57,466 nt of DNA from an uncultured Mycoplasmatota bacterium (GTDB taxonomy: Bacteria > Bacillota_I > Bacilli_A > RF39 > UBA660). The translations under genes were made by a program, and so were the position numbers. The stretch spans positions 1-57,466 of the forward strand of contig CAMMOI010000003.1 in NCBI GenBank assembly GCA_946498375.1, read 5' to 3'. The notes beneath the pieces are model-generated. The model was not told the DNA's origin. It made no database searches and was given only the letters and a program-made list of their open reading frames with translations. Below are positions 1 through 9,818 of the stretch, one piece after another (the first letter of the stretch is position 1; every line of letters begins with the position of its first letter).

Positions 1-118
1 TTAATATATTTTGGGATATTGGACTAATAAAGTTTATAAGACTTAGTATGAATGTAAAAATAAGAATTGAACTAATAAAAACGCCAAATAATTTAAGATA
101 AGATATAATATTATTCAA
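1..118 (-). CDS. 5' part of a small membrane protein (YrzE/TIGR04086-like), runs off the window
   Basis: AGGTGA RBS at 124-129, TTG at 118, open hydrophobic frame MNNIISYLKLFGVFISSILIFTFILSLINF; divergent from a DUF421 gene. Confidence 0.55.
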   Translation of the reverse strand, partial: MNNIISYLKLFGVFISSILIFTFILSLINFISPISQNIL

Positions 119-191
119 ATAAATCACCTAATTAAATATATGTATTGTTTAAAATAATATGATTTGTTCCATAATATATTTAGGTGATATT

Positions 192-839
192 ATGCAATTA
201 TTAAATGTAATTTTCCGAACAACGTTTTTTTATTTTTTTGTAGCTATTGCTTATCGAATTATGGGAAAAAGAGAAGTTGGACAATTGGGAATAATTGATT
301 TAATTGTGTCAATACTGATTGCTGAATTAGTAGCTATTAGTATTGAAAATTTAAATGATCCAATTTTTTATACTATTGTTCCTATAGTTTTACTTGTTGT
401 CTTAGAGTTATTTTTGGCATTTATTTCCGTTAAATCACGTCGTTTTCGAACTATTTTTGGCGGTAAACCATCTCTTATAATTTGCAATGGCAAACTAAAT
501 TTTAAAGAAATGGTCAAACAACGTTATACAATGGATGATTTATTATTAAGTTTACGTCAAAAGGAGATCAAATCAATTGAAGATGTTGAATATGCATTTT
601 TGGAACCCAACGGTAAATTATCAATATTTAAATATAATATTTTTAAAACTAAAAGTAATTATCCAATGCCAGTTATAGTCGATGGTCAAATTCAGGATAA
701 AGCGTTAGATTATATTCATAAAAATAAATTATGGTTAAAACATACTTTAAGTAAAAAAAATTTAAGGATTGAAGATATTTTTTATTGTTTTTATAAGAAA
801 TATAAATTATATATAATTAAAAGAACCGATTTAAAGTAA
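192..839 (+). CDS. DUF421 (YetF/YrbG-like) membrane protein
   Basis: RIMGKREVGQL and EDVEYAFLEPNGKLS motifs; start moved to ATG 192 behind AGGTGA. Confidence 0.9.
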   Translation: MQLLNVIFRTTFFYFFVAIAYRIMGKREVGQLGIIDLIVSILIAELVAISIENLNDPIFYTIVPIVLLVVLELFLAFISVKSRRFRTIFGGKPSLIICNGKLNFKEMVKQRYTMDDLLLSLRQKEIKSIEDVEYAFLEPNGKLSIFKYNIFKTKSNYPMPVIVDGQIQDKALDYIHKNKLWLKHTLSKKNLRIEDIFYCFYKKYKLYIIKRTDLK

Positions 840-885
840 TGCTTTAGATTTTTATCAGCAAAAAAGAATAAAGTAAATAATTAAT

Positions 886-931
886 AAAAAGCAGATAGAA
901 ATTGGCAAGAATTAATTCTATCTGTTTTTTT
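886..931 (+). terminator. Rho-independent terminator
   Basis: gcagatagaa (891-900) pairs with ttctatctgt (916-925), followed by a T-run. Confidence 0.6.
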
Positions 932-1111
932 CTTATCAAAAATAAAAAAAGACATTAAGTGTAGTAATAAATTTATACTTAAGATAATTCTTTTTAATAA
1001 GTTTAAGGATTCTTTTGAAAGCATTAATTTTACAATCTTGTTTTTGTTTAACTTACTTGAAAATAAATATTTTGTGTGCTATTGTATTAGCTGAATAGGA
1101 AGAAGGATATT

Positions 1112-1423
1112 ATGATAGTAGGATTAAAAAAAGACGTTAATTTTGCAAAGGTGTATGAAAAAAATAAGTTTACAAAAGAGGATCTTGAAGCTATAAGAGA
1201 AATGTTGCTTTGTGAGAATTTAAAATATAAGAAGGCTTTGTCTTCTTTATTAGAGGCTTATTGTGAAAATTTATATTGTTCTGAATGTAAGGGATCACTA
1301 AGAACTTCTAGTAATAGTGGTGTTTGCCAATGGAATAATGATATGTCCATCGCTTTGCCATTTAACGATGGTCCGCTAACAAGTTATCCCGCAAATTGTC
1401 CAATTAGAAAATTGCTTAAATAA
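1112..1423 (+). CDS. Hypothetical Cys-rich protein
   Basis: 103-aa ORF, GAAGGA RBS, CSEC plus four other Cys. Confidence 0.7.
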   Translation: MIVGLKKDVNFAKVYEKNKFTKEDLEAIREMLLCENLKYKKALSSLLEAYCENLYCSECKGSLRTSSNSGVCQWNNDMSIALPFNDGPLTSYPANCPIRKLLK

Positions 1424-1450
1424 ATTAGCAAGGCATTTAGGCTATTAATA

Positions 1451-1475
1451 ATAGGTGTAGTAGCACCTGTTTTTT
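1451..1475 (+). terminator. Rho-independent terminator
   Basis: ataggtg-tagtag-cacctgt then a T-run. Confidence 0.7.
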
Positions 1476-1560
1476 GTTTTCTATTCATTATTACATATCT
1501 CATTTATTATGTGATAATTATATTATTTACGAAAAAAATTTATTCTATTTTTTGACAAAT

Positions 1561-1589
1561 TTGCCAAGAATATAATTTTATGTTATAAT
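1561..1589 (+). promoter_or_regulatory. Sigma-A type promoter
   Basis: TTGCCA-17 bp-TATAAT with extended TG. Confidence 0.65.
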
Positions 1590-1620
1590 TTAAATACTTA
1601 ATCTAAGAGAGGATATAGGT

Positions 1621-2523
1621 ATGATAAAATTTTTAAAAAGGGAAAAAACACTTAAAGCTGGAAAAATAACTTTAATGCTGTTTTTAAGCTTTTTGGTTAG
1701 TGGGGTAAGTATTAAAATTAATAATGAATCGGTTGATAGTAATGTCATTCAGGCATACACACCAAATAATACAGAGAAAGTATCTGATCAAGATAAATCA
1801 AATGAAGAGGTAACAGAGGCTGTAAAAGAAGAGATATCTCAAGTAGATAGTTTTATTCAAACCAATGAGGAAGCTTTGAGATTTTTTGCCAATGTTTTTG
1901 ATATGAATTATGATGATGTTATCGTAAAAATAAGAGAAGCTAATACAAATGGTAATTCAGTAATTCAAAATAATATCGGCTATTTAGTAAACGCAAATAA
2001 TGAAGTGTATGATTTTGGTAGTGTTGATCGAGGTATTTTAGAATTTTTCTTATATTTAGAAAATACTTATCCGGAAATGGTAACTTATGATTATCAGCCA
2101 TACACCTCTGGTAATTCTGATTATGTTGCTGCTTTAGTAGAATATTTTAGTTATTTATATCCTAATGTTGATCATAACGTTATGTTAAGTATTGGTGCAG
2201 CAGAAAGTGGATATTATACATCTAGTTCTATGTTATATAAAAATAATGTATATGGGGGAATGTCTAGTGGCGGTTTAATTACTTATAAAAACATAGAATA
2301 TGGGGTTATGAGTTATATTAAAAAAATGTCAGAAAGCTATTATGCTAAAGGACTTAATACTATTGAATCAATCGGATATGTATTTTGTCCAAAAATAGAA
2401 AATGGAGTAAAGACCGTAAGTTCTCATTGGTTAAATTTGGTTAATAAAGCAATGAATGTTTATACTGAGGAATTACATTATGTTAGTGTTGCTCAATTAA
2501 ATGATTTATTATATAACATGTAA
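1621..2523 (+). CDS. Secreted or membrane-anchored protein with C-terminal lysozyme-fold (glucosaminidase-like) domain
   Basis: N-terminal hydrophobic segment; SIGAAESGY...KNNVYGG motif typical of lysozyme-like peptidoglycan hydrolases. Confidence 0.6.
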   Translation: MIKFLKREKTLKAGKITLMLFLSFLVSGVSIKINNESVDSNVIQAYTPNNTEKVSDQDKSNEEVTEAVKEEISQVDSFIQTNEEALRFFANVFDMNYDDVIVKIREANTNGNSVIQNNIGYLVNANNEVYDFGSVDRGILEFFLYLENTYPEMVTYDYQPYTSGNSDYVAALVEYFSYLYPNVDHNVMLSIGAAESGYYTSSSMLYKNNVYGGMSSGGLITYKNIEYGVMSYIKKMSESYYAKGLNTIESIGYVFCPKIENGVKTVSSHWLNLVNKAMNVYTEELHYVSVAQLNDLLYNM

Positions 2524-2610
2524 TGACAAAAAAGGCAAAAGAAATATCTTTGAATATTTCTTTTTTTATGATATAATTTTTTTATAATAAAGAGGAGTTG
2601 AAAAAACATT

Positions 2611-4488
2611 ATGTTTGGAAAAATCAAATATATAAGTGATAATGAAGCTCATGTTGAAAATGCTGCTAGTGTAGACATGAGTGGAGATTTGATGAATGTT
2701 CATGTTATTTTTGAAGACACAGAACAAAGAGTATTAGGAGAGGTAACAGAAGTTAATGACACAATTATTAAAATTCGTTTTTTAGGGGTTTTTAATGGAA
2801 AGCGCTATGTTAATGGTGTTATACGTAAACCAAAACTTTCATCAAAAATAAGAGTTATAAATAATGAAGAATTAGATATTTTAATGGGTGTAGATTCGGC
2901 AACTTCATTTTTAGTTGGAACCAGCTCTATATATAATCAACATCAAGTTTATGTTGATATAAATCAACTTTTTGCAAATCATGCGGCTATATTTGGTAAC
3001 ACTGGTAGTGGTAAATCTTGTGGTGTAGCACGTATTGTGCAAAATATTTTTAGTAACAAAAATATGGTACCCTATAATGCCAATTTGTTTATTTTTGATG
3101 CATATGGTGAATATAAAACAGCATTTAGAAATATTAATCAAATAAATCCATATTTTAGCTATAAATTTATCACAACCAATCCCCAAGATCCTGAGGATTC
3201 ACCATTACGAATTCCTGTTCACTTACTTAATTTGGATGATTGGTCATTATTTTTACAAGCTGGAAGTCACTCACAAATTCCAATTATTGAACGTACTTTA
3301 AAATTAGCTAGGATTTTTGCTAAAAATGATGAAGTTGCTATGAGATACAAAAACCACTTAATAGCTAAGGCTTTATTAGCAGTATTATTTTCCAATCAAA
3401 CAACAGCTCATAAAAAAAATGAGGTATTTACTATTATCGAAGCCTGTTCAACTCCAGAATTTAGCTTTAATACCGAAATTCAAGGCTTAGGTTATACTCG
3501 TATATTTAGTGAATGTTTTGAAATTGATTCCAATGGTAATTTTGGAGAAAGTGTTTTAATTACAGAATATATTTTAAAACATATTGATGATTCTTTAGAG
3601 ACAACTCCTGAGCCAACAGATTCTTATTATACATTACAAGATTTTAGCAAAGCTATGGAATTTACATTGATTTCAGAGGGCTTTCAAAGTAATCAACAAA
3701 TATATGATGATGCAATGTTATTAAAGGTTCGTCTTCATTCAACTTTAAATAGTAAAGTAGGAACTTTCTTTAGTTATCCTGGTCCAATTAGTATGGAAAA
3801 TTATATATCATCTTTAGTAGCTGTAGGCCAAAATAAAAAAGCTCAAATTATTAATATCAATTTAGAAGATGTTGATGATACTTATGCCAAAGTAATTGTA
3901 AAAATTATAGCAAGATTTATTTTTGAATTTGCTAAATCACGTAAGCAACGTGCTTCAATTCCATTTAATTTATTTGTAGAAGAAGCACACCGTTATATTC
4001 AAAAAGATACAGATACTTTCTTACTTGGATATAATATATTTGATCGTATTGCCAAAGAAGGTCGTAAATATGGGGTATTATTAGATATAATAACTCAAAG
4101 ACCAGTTGAACTTTCAGATACTGTTGTTGCTCAGTGTTCAAACTTTTTGATCTTTAAAATGACCCACCCATTAGATATAGAATATATTGGAAAAATGCTT
4201 CCTAATATTTCAAGTGATGTTTTAGATAAGCAAAAAGTATTACAGCCAGGAAATTGCGTAGGTTTTGGTAGTGCTTTTAAAATTAATATGATAGTCAAAA
4301 TGGAAATGCCAAATCCAAGCCCATATTCAAATTCATGTGATGTCTCAGCAAGATGGAGACTTAATATTCAAAATGATGCTATGAATACACCTGTAAATAA
4401 TATGACAAATAATTTTCAGAGTAATCCTATAAATTCTGGTATGCCTGGAGCATCAGGTAGAATGGTTAATCCTATTTTACCTAATTAA
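2611..4488 (+). CDS. HerA-like (DUF87) P-loop ATPase
   Basis: HAAIFGNTGSGKS Walker A, IFDAYGEY, VEEAHRY Walker B, RIAKEGRKYG, TQRP. Confidence 0.9.
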   Translation: MFGKIKYISDNEAHVENAASVDMSGDLMNVHVIFEDTEQRVLGEVTEVNDTIIKIRFLGVFNGKRYVNGVIRKPKLSSKIRVINNEELDILMGVDSATSFLVGTSSIYNQHQVYVDINQLFANHAAIFGNTGSGKSCGVARIVQNIFSNKNMVPYNANLFIFDAYGEYKTAFRNINQINPYFSYKFITTNPQDPEDSPLRIPVHLLNLDDWSLFLQAGSHSQIPIIERTLKLARIFAKNDEVAMRYKNHLIAKALLAVLFSNQTTAHKKNEVFTIIEACSTPEFSFNTEIQGLGYTRIFSECFEIDSNGNFGESVLITEYILKHIDDSLETTPEPTDSYYTLQDFSKAMEFTLISEGFQSNQQIYDDAMLLKVRLHSTLNSKVGTFFSYPGPISMENYISSLVAVGQNKKAQIININLEDVDDTYAKVIVKIIARFIFEFAKSRKQRASIPFNLFVEEAHRYIQKDTDTFLLGYNIFDRIAKEGRKYGVLLDIITQRPVELSDTVVAQCSNFLIFKMTHPLDIEYIGKMLPNISSDVLDKQKVLQPGNCVGFGSAFKINMIVKMEMPNPSPYSNSCDVSARWRLNIQNDAMNTPVNNMTNNFQSNPINSGMPGASGRMVNPILPN

Positions 4489-4499
4489 ATATAAAATAG

Positions 4500-4529
4500 T
4501 TGTATAAATATAAATAAATGTGGTATAAT
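4500..4529 (+). promoter_or_regulatory. Promoter of 6S RNA
   Basis: TTGTAT-18 bp-TATAAT with extended TG directly before the RNA stem. Confidence 0.6.
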
Positions 4530-4535
4530 AAAAAT

Positions 4536-4709
4536 ACCTAAGATATTAGTTTGTTTTATATAAAACCGACTAAGTGATACATTGGGAATCTAATTGCTTC
4601 TCCGTGTTGAAGACCGGACCATTAAGTGAATTCGGGATCCTAACGAGTTGCATGTGATGCCCACCTCGCGTGAGCGGGTTTTTATCACAGCAGGCTAATG
4701 TTCTTAGGT
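4536..4709 (+). ncRNA. ssrS: 6S RNA
   Basis: ~174 nt, GC-richer than its flanks; acctaagatattagtttg pairs with caggctaatgttcttaggt as a closing stem; lies directly upstream of tcdA, as Bacillus 6S-1 lies upstream of yrvM. Confidence 0.85.
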
Positions 4710-4729
4710 TTTAATATGGAGAAAAATAG

Positions 4730-5419
4730 ATGAAGAAGTTTGATAGATTTGAGCTACTAGTGGGAAGCGATGGCTTAAAAAAAATTAAAAATAAACATAT
4801 TTTGATTGTTGGAATAGGGGGAGTAGGAGGTTATACTTTTGAAAGCCTTATTAGATCTGGTGTAGAAAATATAATCATTATTGATAATGATTATATAGAT
4901 AAGACCAATTTAAACAGACAAATATTGAGTTTAGAAAGTAATGTTGGTCAGATAAAAGTAAATGTTGCCAAAGCCCGTGCTAAAGAAATAAATAATCAGT
5001 GTAATGTTGAAACATTAAATTTATTTTTATCTGAAGATAACATAAATATATTAGATAACTATTCAATAGATTATATAGTTGATTGTTGTGATACGATAAA
5101 AACTAAAGTAGCTTTAATAAATTATGCTATAAAACATAACATAAAAATTATCTCATGCATGGGAAGCGGTAAACGCTTGGATGCTACTAAAATTACTATC
5201 ACAACTTTAGATAAAACTAAGTATGATCCTCTTGCTAGAATATTGCGAAAAAAATTAAAAGCAGAAAATTTATCTTTAAAAATACCTGTAGTAAGCAGTA
5301 TTGAACCACCTAAGAAAATTGATGGTGAAATAGTAGCATCTTGTTCTTACGTGCCTGCAGTATTTGGCCTTTATATTACTAATTTTATAATTAATGATAT
5401 ATTAAAAGCATCTAAATAG
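4730..5419 (+). CDS. tcdA: tRNA threonylcarbamoyladenosine dehydratase (ThiF family)
   Basis: GIGGVG, TNLNRQ, DCCD, SCMGSG, DPLAR. Confidence 0.9.
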   Translation: MKKFDRFELLVGSDGLKKIKNKHILIVGIGGVGGYTFESLIRSGVENIIIIDNDYIDKTNLNRQILSLESNVGQIKVNVAKARAKEINNQCNVETLNLFLSEDNINILDNYSIDYIVDCCDTIKTKVALINYAIKHNIKIISCMGSGKRLDATKITITTLDKTKYDPLARILRKKLKAENLSLKIPVVSSIEPPKKIDGEIVASCSYVPAVFGLYITNFIINDILKASK

Positions 5420-5428
5420 GATGCTTTT
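5404..5428 (+). terminator. Terminator hairpin
   Basis: aaaagcatc-taaatag-gatgctttt. Confidence 0.6.
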
Positions 5429-5663
5429 ATTTTTTATAAATTCTAATAATTTATAAATTTGAATGACTTTTGTAGTGCTCTGCCAGCCAATTCATTTTTT
5501 CAATTTTAATTTGATTCATAATATTATAGATTATTTCTAAAACTTCTTTTTTATAATATAGTTTGAATTATTAATATAGCTTAGCTTTTTATATTCTTTT
5601 AAATACATAAAGTAGACATTGTCTTTTAAGAATTCATCTTAAATGTTAGCACCCAATTAATAT

Positions 5664-6641
5664 TTATGCTTTAGCTATTAAAAAATCTATTAAGATTTTG
5701 GGATTTTCATTATGAAAAACAATATCATAAACAACATTTATTAAATCTATTTTAATATTTTTATTTTTTAATAATTGATAAATAGATTTAAGAGTATAAT
5801 AACCTTCAACAGTATTATTTTTTAAATAATCATTTATAATATCAGGTGAGGTTTTTGATCCTAGTAACTTACCAAAAGAGAAATTTCTACTTTTACTACT
5901 TGTACAAGTAAGCAATAAATCCCCAATTCCGGCATAACTTAAAACAGTATTAGATTCTCCACCTAAATGATGAATTAAAGTTTTTAAATCATGAATTGCT
6001 TCTGTAATTAAGAACGTTTGAGTGGATTCTCCGTATCCAAGGCCATTAATTATTCCAGCAGCAATAGCAACCACATTTTTAATACTCCCACAAATTTCTG
6101 TACCAATAATATCACTGTTAGCTCGTAATTTAACTGTATTAGAGCTAAGAACTTTTTTTATGCAGGTAATAGCTTTTTGACTATTAGAAGCTATACTTAA
6201 AGCAACAGGATTATCACAAGCCATATCTATAGCAAAACTAGGACCAGATATTACAGCTAAATGTTGAGTATTTATGGTACTTAATACAAGTTCATCCATA
6301 AATTTATTAGTTTTTTGATCAATTCCTTTTGAAGCTATACAAATAATACTATTTTCATTAAGATAATTTTTAATAGCCGTAGTAGTTTGTAGAACATATG
6401 GTACTGCAACAACTAAAAAAATTATATCTTTATTTTCTACTGCTTGTTTTAAAGAAGTAGTAAATTTTAAATTTGCTGGTAAACTTATTCCCTTAAGACA
6501 AGATTCTAATTTATGTTCTTTATTAATTATATCAATTTTTTTTTGAGATTCGGACCATATAGTTATATCAGATGTATTTTTATTTATCATTAAACTTAAA
6601 GCTAAACTATATGCACCGCATCCAATTATACCTACTTTCAT
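5664..6641 (-). CDS. gpsA: NAD(P)H-dependent glycerol-3-phosphate dehydrogenase
   Basis: GCGAY, SKGI, ISGPSFA, GSIKNV, GIGDLLLTC, SRN, TVEG. Confidence 0.95.
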   Translation of the reverse strand: MKVGIIGCGAYSLALSLMINKNTSDITIWSESQKKIDIINKEHKLESCLKGISLPANLKFTTSLKQAVENKDIIFLVVAVPYVLQTTTAIKNYLNENSIICIASKGIDQKTNKFMDELVLSTINTQHLAVISGPSFAIDMACDNPVALSIASNSQKAITCIKKVLSSNTVKLRANSDIIGTEICGSIKNVVAIAAGIINGLGYGESTQTFLITEAIHDLKTLIHHLGGESNTVLSYAGIGDLLLTCTSSKSRNFSFGKLLGSKTSPDIINDYLKNNTVEGYYTLKSIYQLLKNKNIKIDLINVVYDIVFHNENPKILIDFLIAKA

Positions 6642-7837
6642 TGTTTATTCCTCGTTTCTACATCGTATTTTTTTAAAGCTGTTTCATATTTGTTATTTTT
6701 AGGATGATAATACTTTTTGTTTTTTATGATATCGGGTAAGTATTGTTGATATACATAAGAATTTTCATAATTATGAGGATATTTATAAGCGGGATTATGA
6801 TTTTTAATATGTTTAGGTACATTACCTGTAGTTCCGCTATGAATATCGGATAAAGCCATATCAAGACCTACATGAGCACTGTTAGATTTAGGGCTTAAGG
6901 CAAGTTCGACAACTACTACCGAAAGAGGTATTCTGGCCTCTGGTAAACCTACCATTTTAGCTGCCTCAATAGCTGCCATAACTTTTGGACCCATTTGGGG
7001 ATTAGCCAGTCCAATATCTTCATAAGCAATAACTGCTAATCTTCGACAAATACTATCTAAATCTCCAGCTTCAATAAGCCTAGCTAAATAATGCAAACTT
7101 GCATTTTCATCACTGCCTCTAATAGATTTTTGAAATGCTGATAAAACTTCGTAATACCCATCAGAATTCTTATCGTGGTAAAAAATTGGCTTAGAATTAA
7201 TATCTTTAATAGTATTAATATTAATTTCATGATTATTTGAAGCATAATAAGCAACTTCTAATAAGTTAATAGCACTTCTAAAATCCCCACTTGAAATTTG
7301 GGCTATATAATTTAAAGCCTCATCATTTATTTTTATATCTTCTAAAGTTTGACAAGCTCGTTTTAATCCCTTTAAAATACCTTTTTTATCTAATTCATGT
7401 AACTCATAAATTTGAAGACGGCTTCTAATTGCCGGATTAATACTGTTATAAGGATTAGCTGTTGTTAGTCCGATTAAAATTATTAAGCCATTTTCAATAT
7501 ACGGTAATAATAAATCTTGTTTGTCTTTGTTAAGCCGATGAATTTCATCCATTACAACAATCATCTGACCTTGCATTTTTGCCTCTTCAATAACAATATC
7601 AAAGTCACTTTTATTATTAATTGTTGCATTTAAAAAACGATAAGGCATATCTAATTGTTTTACTATAACATTAGCAATAGAAGTTTTACCTATGCCTGGC
7701 TTTCCATATAATATACACGAAAATAATTTTTTATTTTCGATTAAATTTCTTAGTATTTTACCTTTTCCTACTAAATGATCTTGTCCAATAATCTCATCTA
7801 GAGTTGTTGGTCTAAGCTTGCTAGCTAATAACTCCAT
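6638..7837 (-). CDS. rarA: Replication-associated recombination protein A
   Basis: LRPTTLDEIIGQ, GKPGIGKTS, DEIHR, SAFQKSIRGSD, AYEDIGLA. Confidence 0.95.
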   Translation of the reverse strand: MELLASKLRPTTLDEIIGQDHLVGKGKILRNLIENKKLFSCILYGKPGIGKTSIANVIVKQLDMPYRFLNATINNKSDFDIVIEEAKMQGQMIVVMDEIHRLNKDKQDLLLPYIENGLIILIGLTTANPYNSINPAIRSRLQIYELHELDKKGILKGLKRACQTLEDIKINDEALNYIAQISSGDFRSAINLLEVAYYASNNHEININTIKDINSKPIFYHDKNSDGYYEVLSAFQKSIRGSDENASLHYLARLIEAGDLDSICRRLAVIAYEDIGLANPQMGPKVMAAIEAAKMVGLPEARIPLSVVVVELALSPKSNSAHVGLDMALSDIHSGTTGNVPKHIKNHNPAYKYPHNYENSYVYQQYLPDIIKNKKYYHPKNNKYETALKKYDVETRNKQ

Positions 7838-7917
7838 AAATAACACCAACTATTATTATATATCAGAAAAACTTAAAAAAGAAGATGTGGTGTGATAAAA
7901 TGTTAATGTGATGTAAA

Positions 7918-8796
7918 ATGATAGAAGAATATATAGATTATTTAAAATATGAAAAAAAATTAAGTGTAAATACTTTAAATTCTTATTCTAATGACTTAAA
8001 AAAATTTATGAGTTATATGAATTATAAACCTTTAACTACTATTAGTAAAAAAGATATTTCTAATTATATTAGTTTTTTAAAAAAATCTTCTATGTCTTCT
8101 AATTCAATTGCTCATAATATCACCGTACTTAATTCTTTGTATAATTTTTTGTTAGGCGAAGAGAAAATAAATTATAATCCGTGTGATAATATTTTATTAC
8201 CCAAAATGGAGAAAAAATTACCTAATTATTTAACTGAAGAAGAAGTTGATTTATTATTAGATATTCCTCTAATAGATGCCTATTCTTATCGTAATAAGGC
8301 TATGTTAGAGCTTTTATATGCTACTGGATTACGTATTAGTGAGTTAGTGTCTTTAAAATTTGTTAATTTAGACTTAGAAAATGATTTTGTAAGAGTAATA
8401 GGTAAGGGAAGCAAAGAAAGGATTGTTCCTATTGGAGATATCGCTAAGAAATACTTGCTTATTTATATAGAAAATTATCGAAAAATTTTACTTAAGAATA
8501 AAACTTCAGAGTATATTTTTATTAATAATAAGCAGGAACAAATATCTAGAGTTGGCTTTTTTAAAATAATTAAAAAACTATGTTTAGAAAAAAATATTAA
8601 GAAAAATATTAGTCCTCATACTTTAAGGCATTCTTTTGCAACTCATATGCTGGCACATGGAGCGGACTTAAGAATAATTCAAGAACTACTTGGACATAGT
8701 GATATTGCAACTACTCAGATCTATGCTCATTTAGTTAATGATAAATTAAAAAAAGACTACGATGAATTTCATCCTCGTAGTCATAAAAATAATTGA
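7918..8796 (+). CDS. xerD: Site-specific tyrosine recombinase XerD
   Basis: LYATGLRISEL, GKGSKER, SPHTLRHSFATH, LLGHSDIATTQIY, FHPR. Confidence 0.85.
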   Translation: MIEEYIDYLKYEKKLSVNTLNSYSNDLKKFMSYMNYKPLTTISKKDISNYISFLKKSSMSSNSIAHNITVLNSLYNFLLGEEKINYNPCDNILLPKMEKKLPNYLTEEEVDLLLDIPLIDAYSYRNKAMLELLYATGLRISELVSLKFVNLDLENDFVRVIGKGSKERIVPIGDIAKKYLLIYIENYRKILLKNKTSEYIFINNKQEQISRVGFFKIIKKLCLEKNIKKNISPHTLRHSFATHMLAHGADLRIIQELLGHSDIATTQIYAHLVNDKLKKDYDEFHPRSHKNN

Positions 8797-8810
8797 AAAT
8801 CTTTTAAATT

Positions 8811-8942
8811 CTAACGAGCTTTATTTTGGTTAGAATTTTGGTTTTTAGCGCTATTTTTTGCAGAATTTGAATTCTTAGCATTAGCATTATTTCTTGCAGA
8901 ATTTGAATTCTTAGCGCTGTTTTGATTTCTTGCATTACTCAT
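8811..8942 (-). CDS. 43-aa N/S/A/K-rich repetitive peptide (gamma-SASP-like composition), not in the ORF track
   Basis: GGGAGGT RBS 8951-8957, ATG 8942, MSNARNQNSAKNSNSARNNANAKNSNSAKNSAKNQNSNQNKAR*; 21-bp in-frame repeat gctaagaattcaaattctgca x2. Confidence 0.75.
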   Translation of the reverse strand: MSNARNQNSAKNSNSARNNANAKNSNSAKNSAKNQNSNQNKAR

Positions 8943-8962
8943 ATTTATTTACCTCCCACTAT

Positions 8963-8991
8963 TATTATGGTAAAAACAATATCACTTATTC
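8963..8991 (-). promoter_or_regulatory. Sigma-G-like (forespore) promoter
   Basis: GAATA-17 bp-CATAATA just upstream of the RBS; matches the Bacillus sigma-G consensus. Confidence 0.55.
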
Positions 8992-9051
8992 ATATAAATA
9001 TTGGAAATATATGGTGAAATTTAAAGCAAAATCAATTATAAAATTCTTTTA

Positions 9052-9723
9052 CTAATAAGATTCTATGTATAAAGCCTTAGCGATATATGGAGTAATTTCA
9101 TTAATATCATACCAGCCAGAACTGTTATTGGCATTTTTTAAACCATTTGTATTAGATACATAGACCATATTATTATTATCAGTTGCAAGTAAAGCCATAT
9201 AATGCGATGTGCTTGTCCATCTATTTTCTTTTTTTTGACTCCAAAGACATATAATAATAGGTCTGTCACTTTTTAAATGCTCAATTATTGCTTCTGAGGA
9301 AAGATGTTGTAAATCAAAGTAAAAATCTGAGTTACTAATTCCATAATTATTAGATAGTTCATCAGATAGTTGCGTATAGTCCATAACCGGATAATACTTT
9401 TTTCTTAAAGCCTCTGGATTATAATCTAGATTATAACCACTTAATATAATTGATAATACAGTAATTCCACAACCAGTATCTTTCATTAGTCCATTCCAAT
9501 ATTCTTTTTCTGCCCATGAAGAGTTACCATTTTGTTTATATTCTTTGTAAGTCTTATTATTAAAAGTGGTAAAAGTAGTAAAATATCCATCTTTATTATC
9601 AACTGATTTTTGACCAATCCCTTTATAATTTTTATTATAATCTTGTTTTATTATAAAATTGTTATAAATATTACTAGTTAATAAATTATATAGACCTAGT
9701 CCCATTAAAAAATGTTTTATCAA
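9052..9723 (-). CDS. Papain-fold C39-like peptidase, probably 5'-truncated
   Basis: YKQ...TGCGITVLS...HYMAL...VSN catalytic pattern; no RBS at the TTG start. Confidence 0.7.
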   Translation of the reverse strand: MIKHFLMGLGLYNLLTSNIYNNFIIKQDYNKNYKGIGQKSVDNKDGYFTTFTTFNNKTYKEYKQNGNSSWAEKEYWNGLMKDTGCGITVLSIILSGYNLDYNPEALRKKYYPVMDYTQLSDELSNNYGISNSDFYFDLQHLSSEAIIEHLKSDRPIIICLWSQKKENRWTSTSHYMALLATDNNNMVYVSNTNGLKNANNSSGWYDINEITPYIAKALYIESY

Positions 9724-9818
9724 ATATAGTAGCTAGATTAAATTATAATCTTTATGAGTGGATAGTTTTTAATCGAAATATTGTAATTATTATATATATT
9801 TTAATTGTTTTAGCTGTT

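Noticed and set aside
880-1024. ~46-codon minus-strand ORF
   Set aside because: No RBS, and it runs through a terminator hairpin.
1621-4488. HerA-based antiphage operon with the upstream gene
   Set aside because: The upstream gene is a secreted lysozyme-like protein separated by a hairpin and a separate promoter; it has no nuclease or SIR2 motif.
5430-5660. Possible small ORF or gene remnant between tcdA and gpsA
   Set aside because: Only short broken frames; no RBS-supported start or recognisable motif.
7918-8796. Tyrosine recombinase as integrase of the 9-27 kb cluster
   Set aside because: It has housekeeping XerD signatures and no flanking att repeats were found.
8820-8935. Short direct repeats resembling a mini-CRISPR
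   Set aside because: Only two 21-bp copies, in frame within a coding ORF; no spacers or cas genes.
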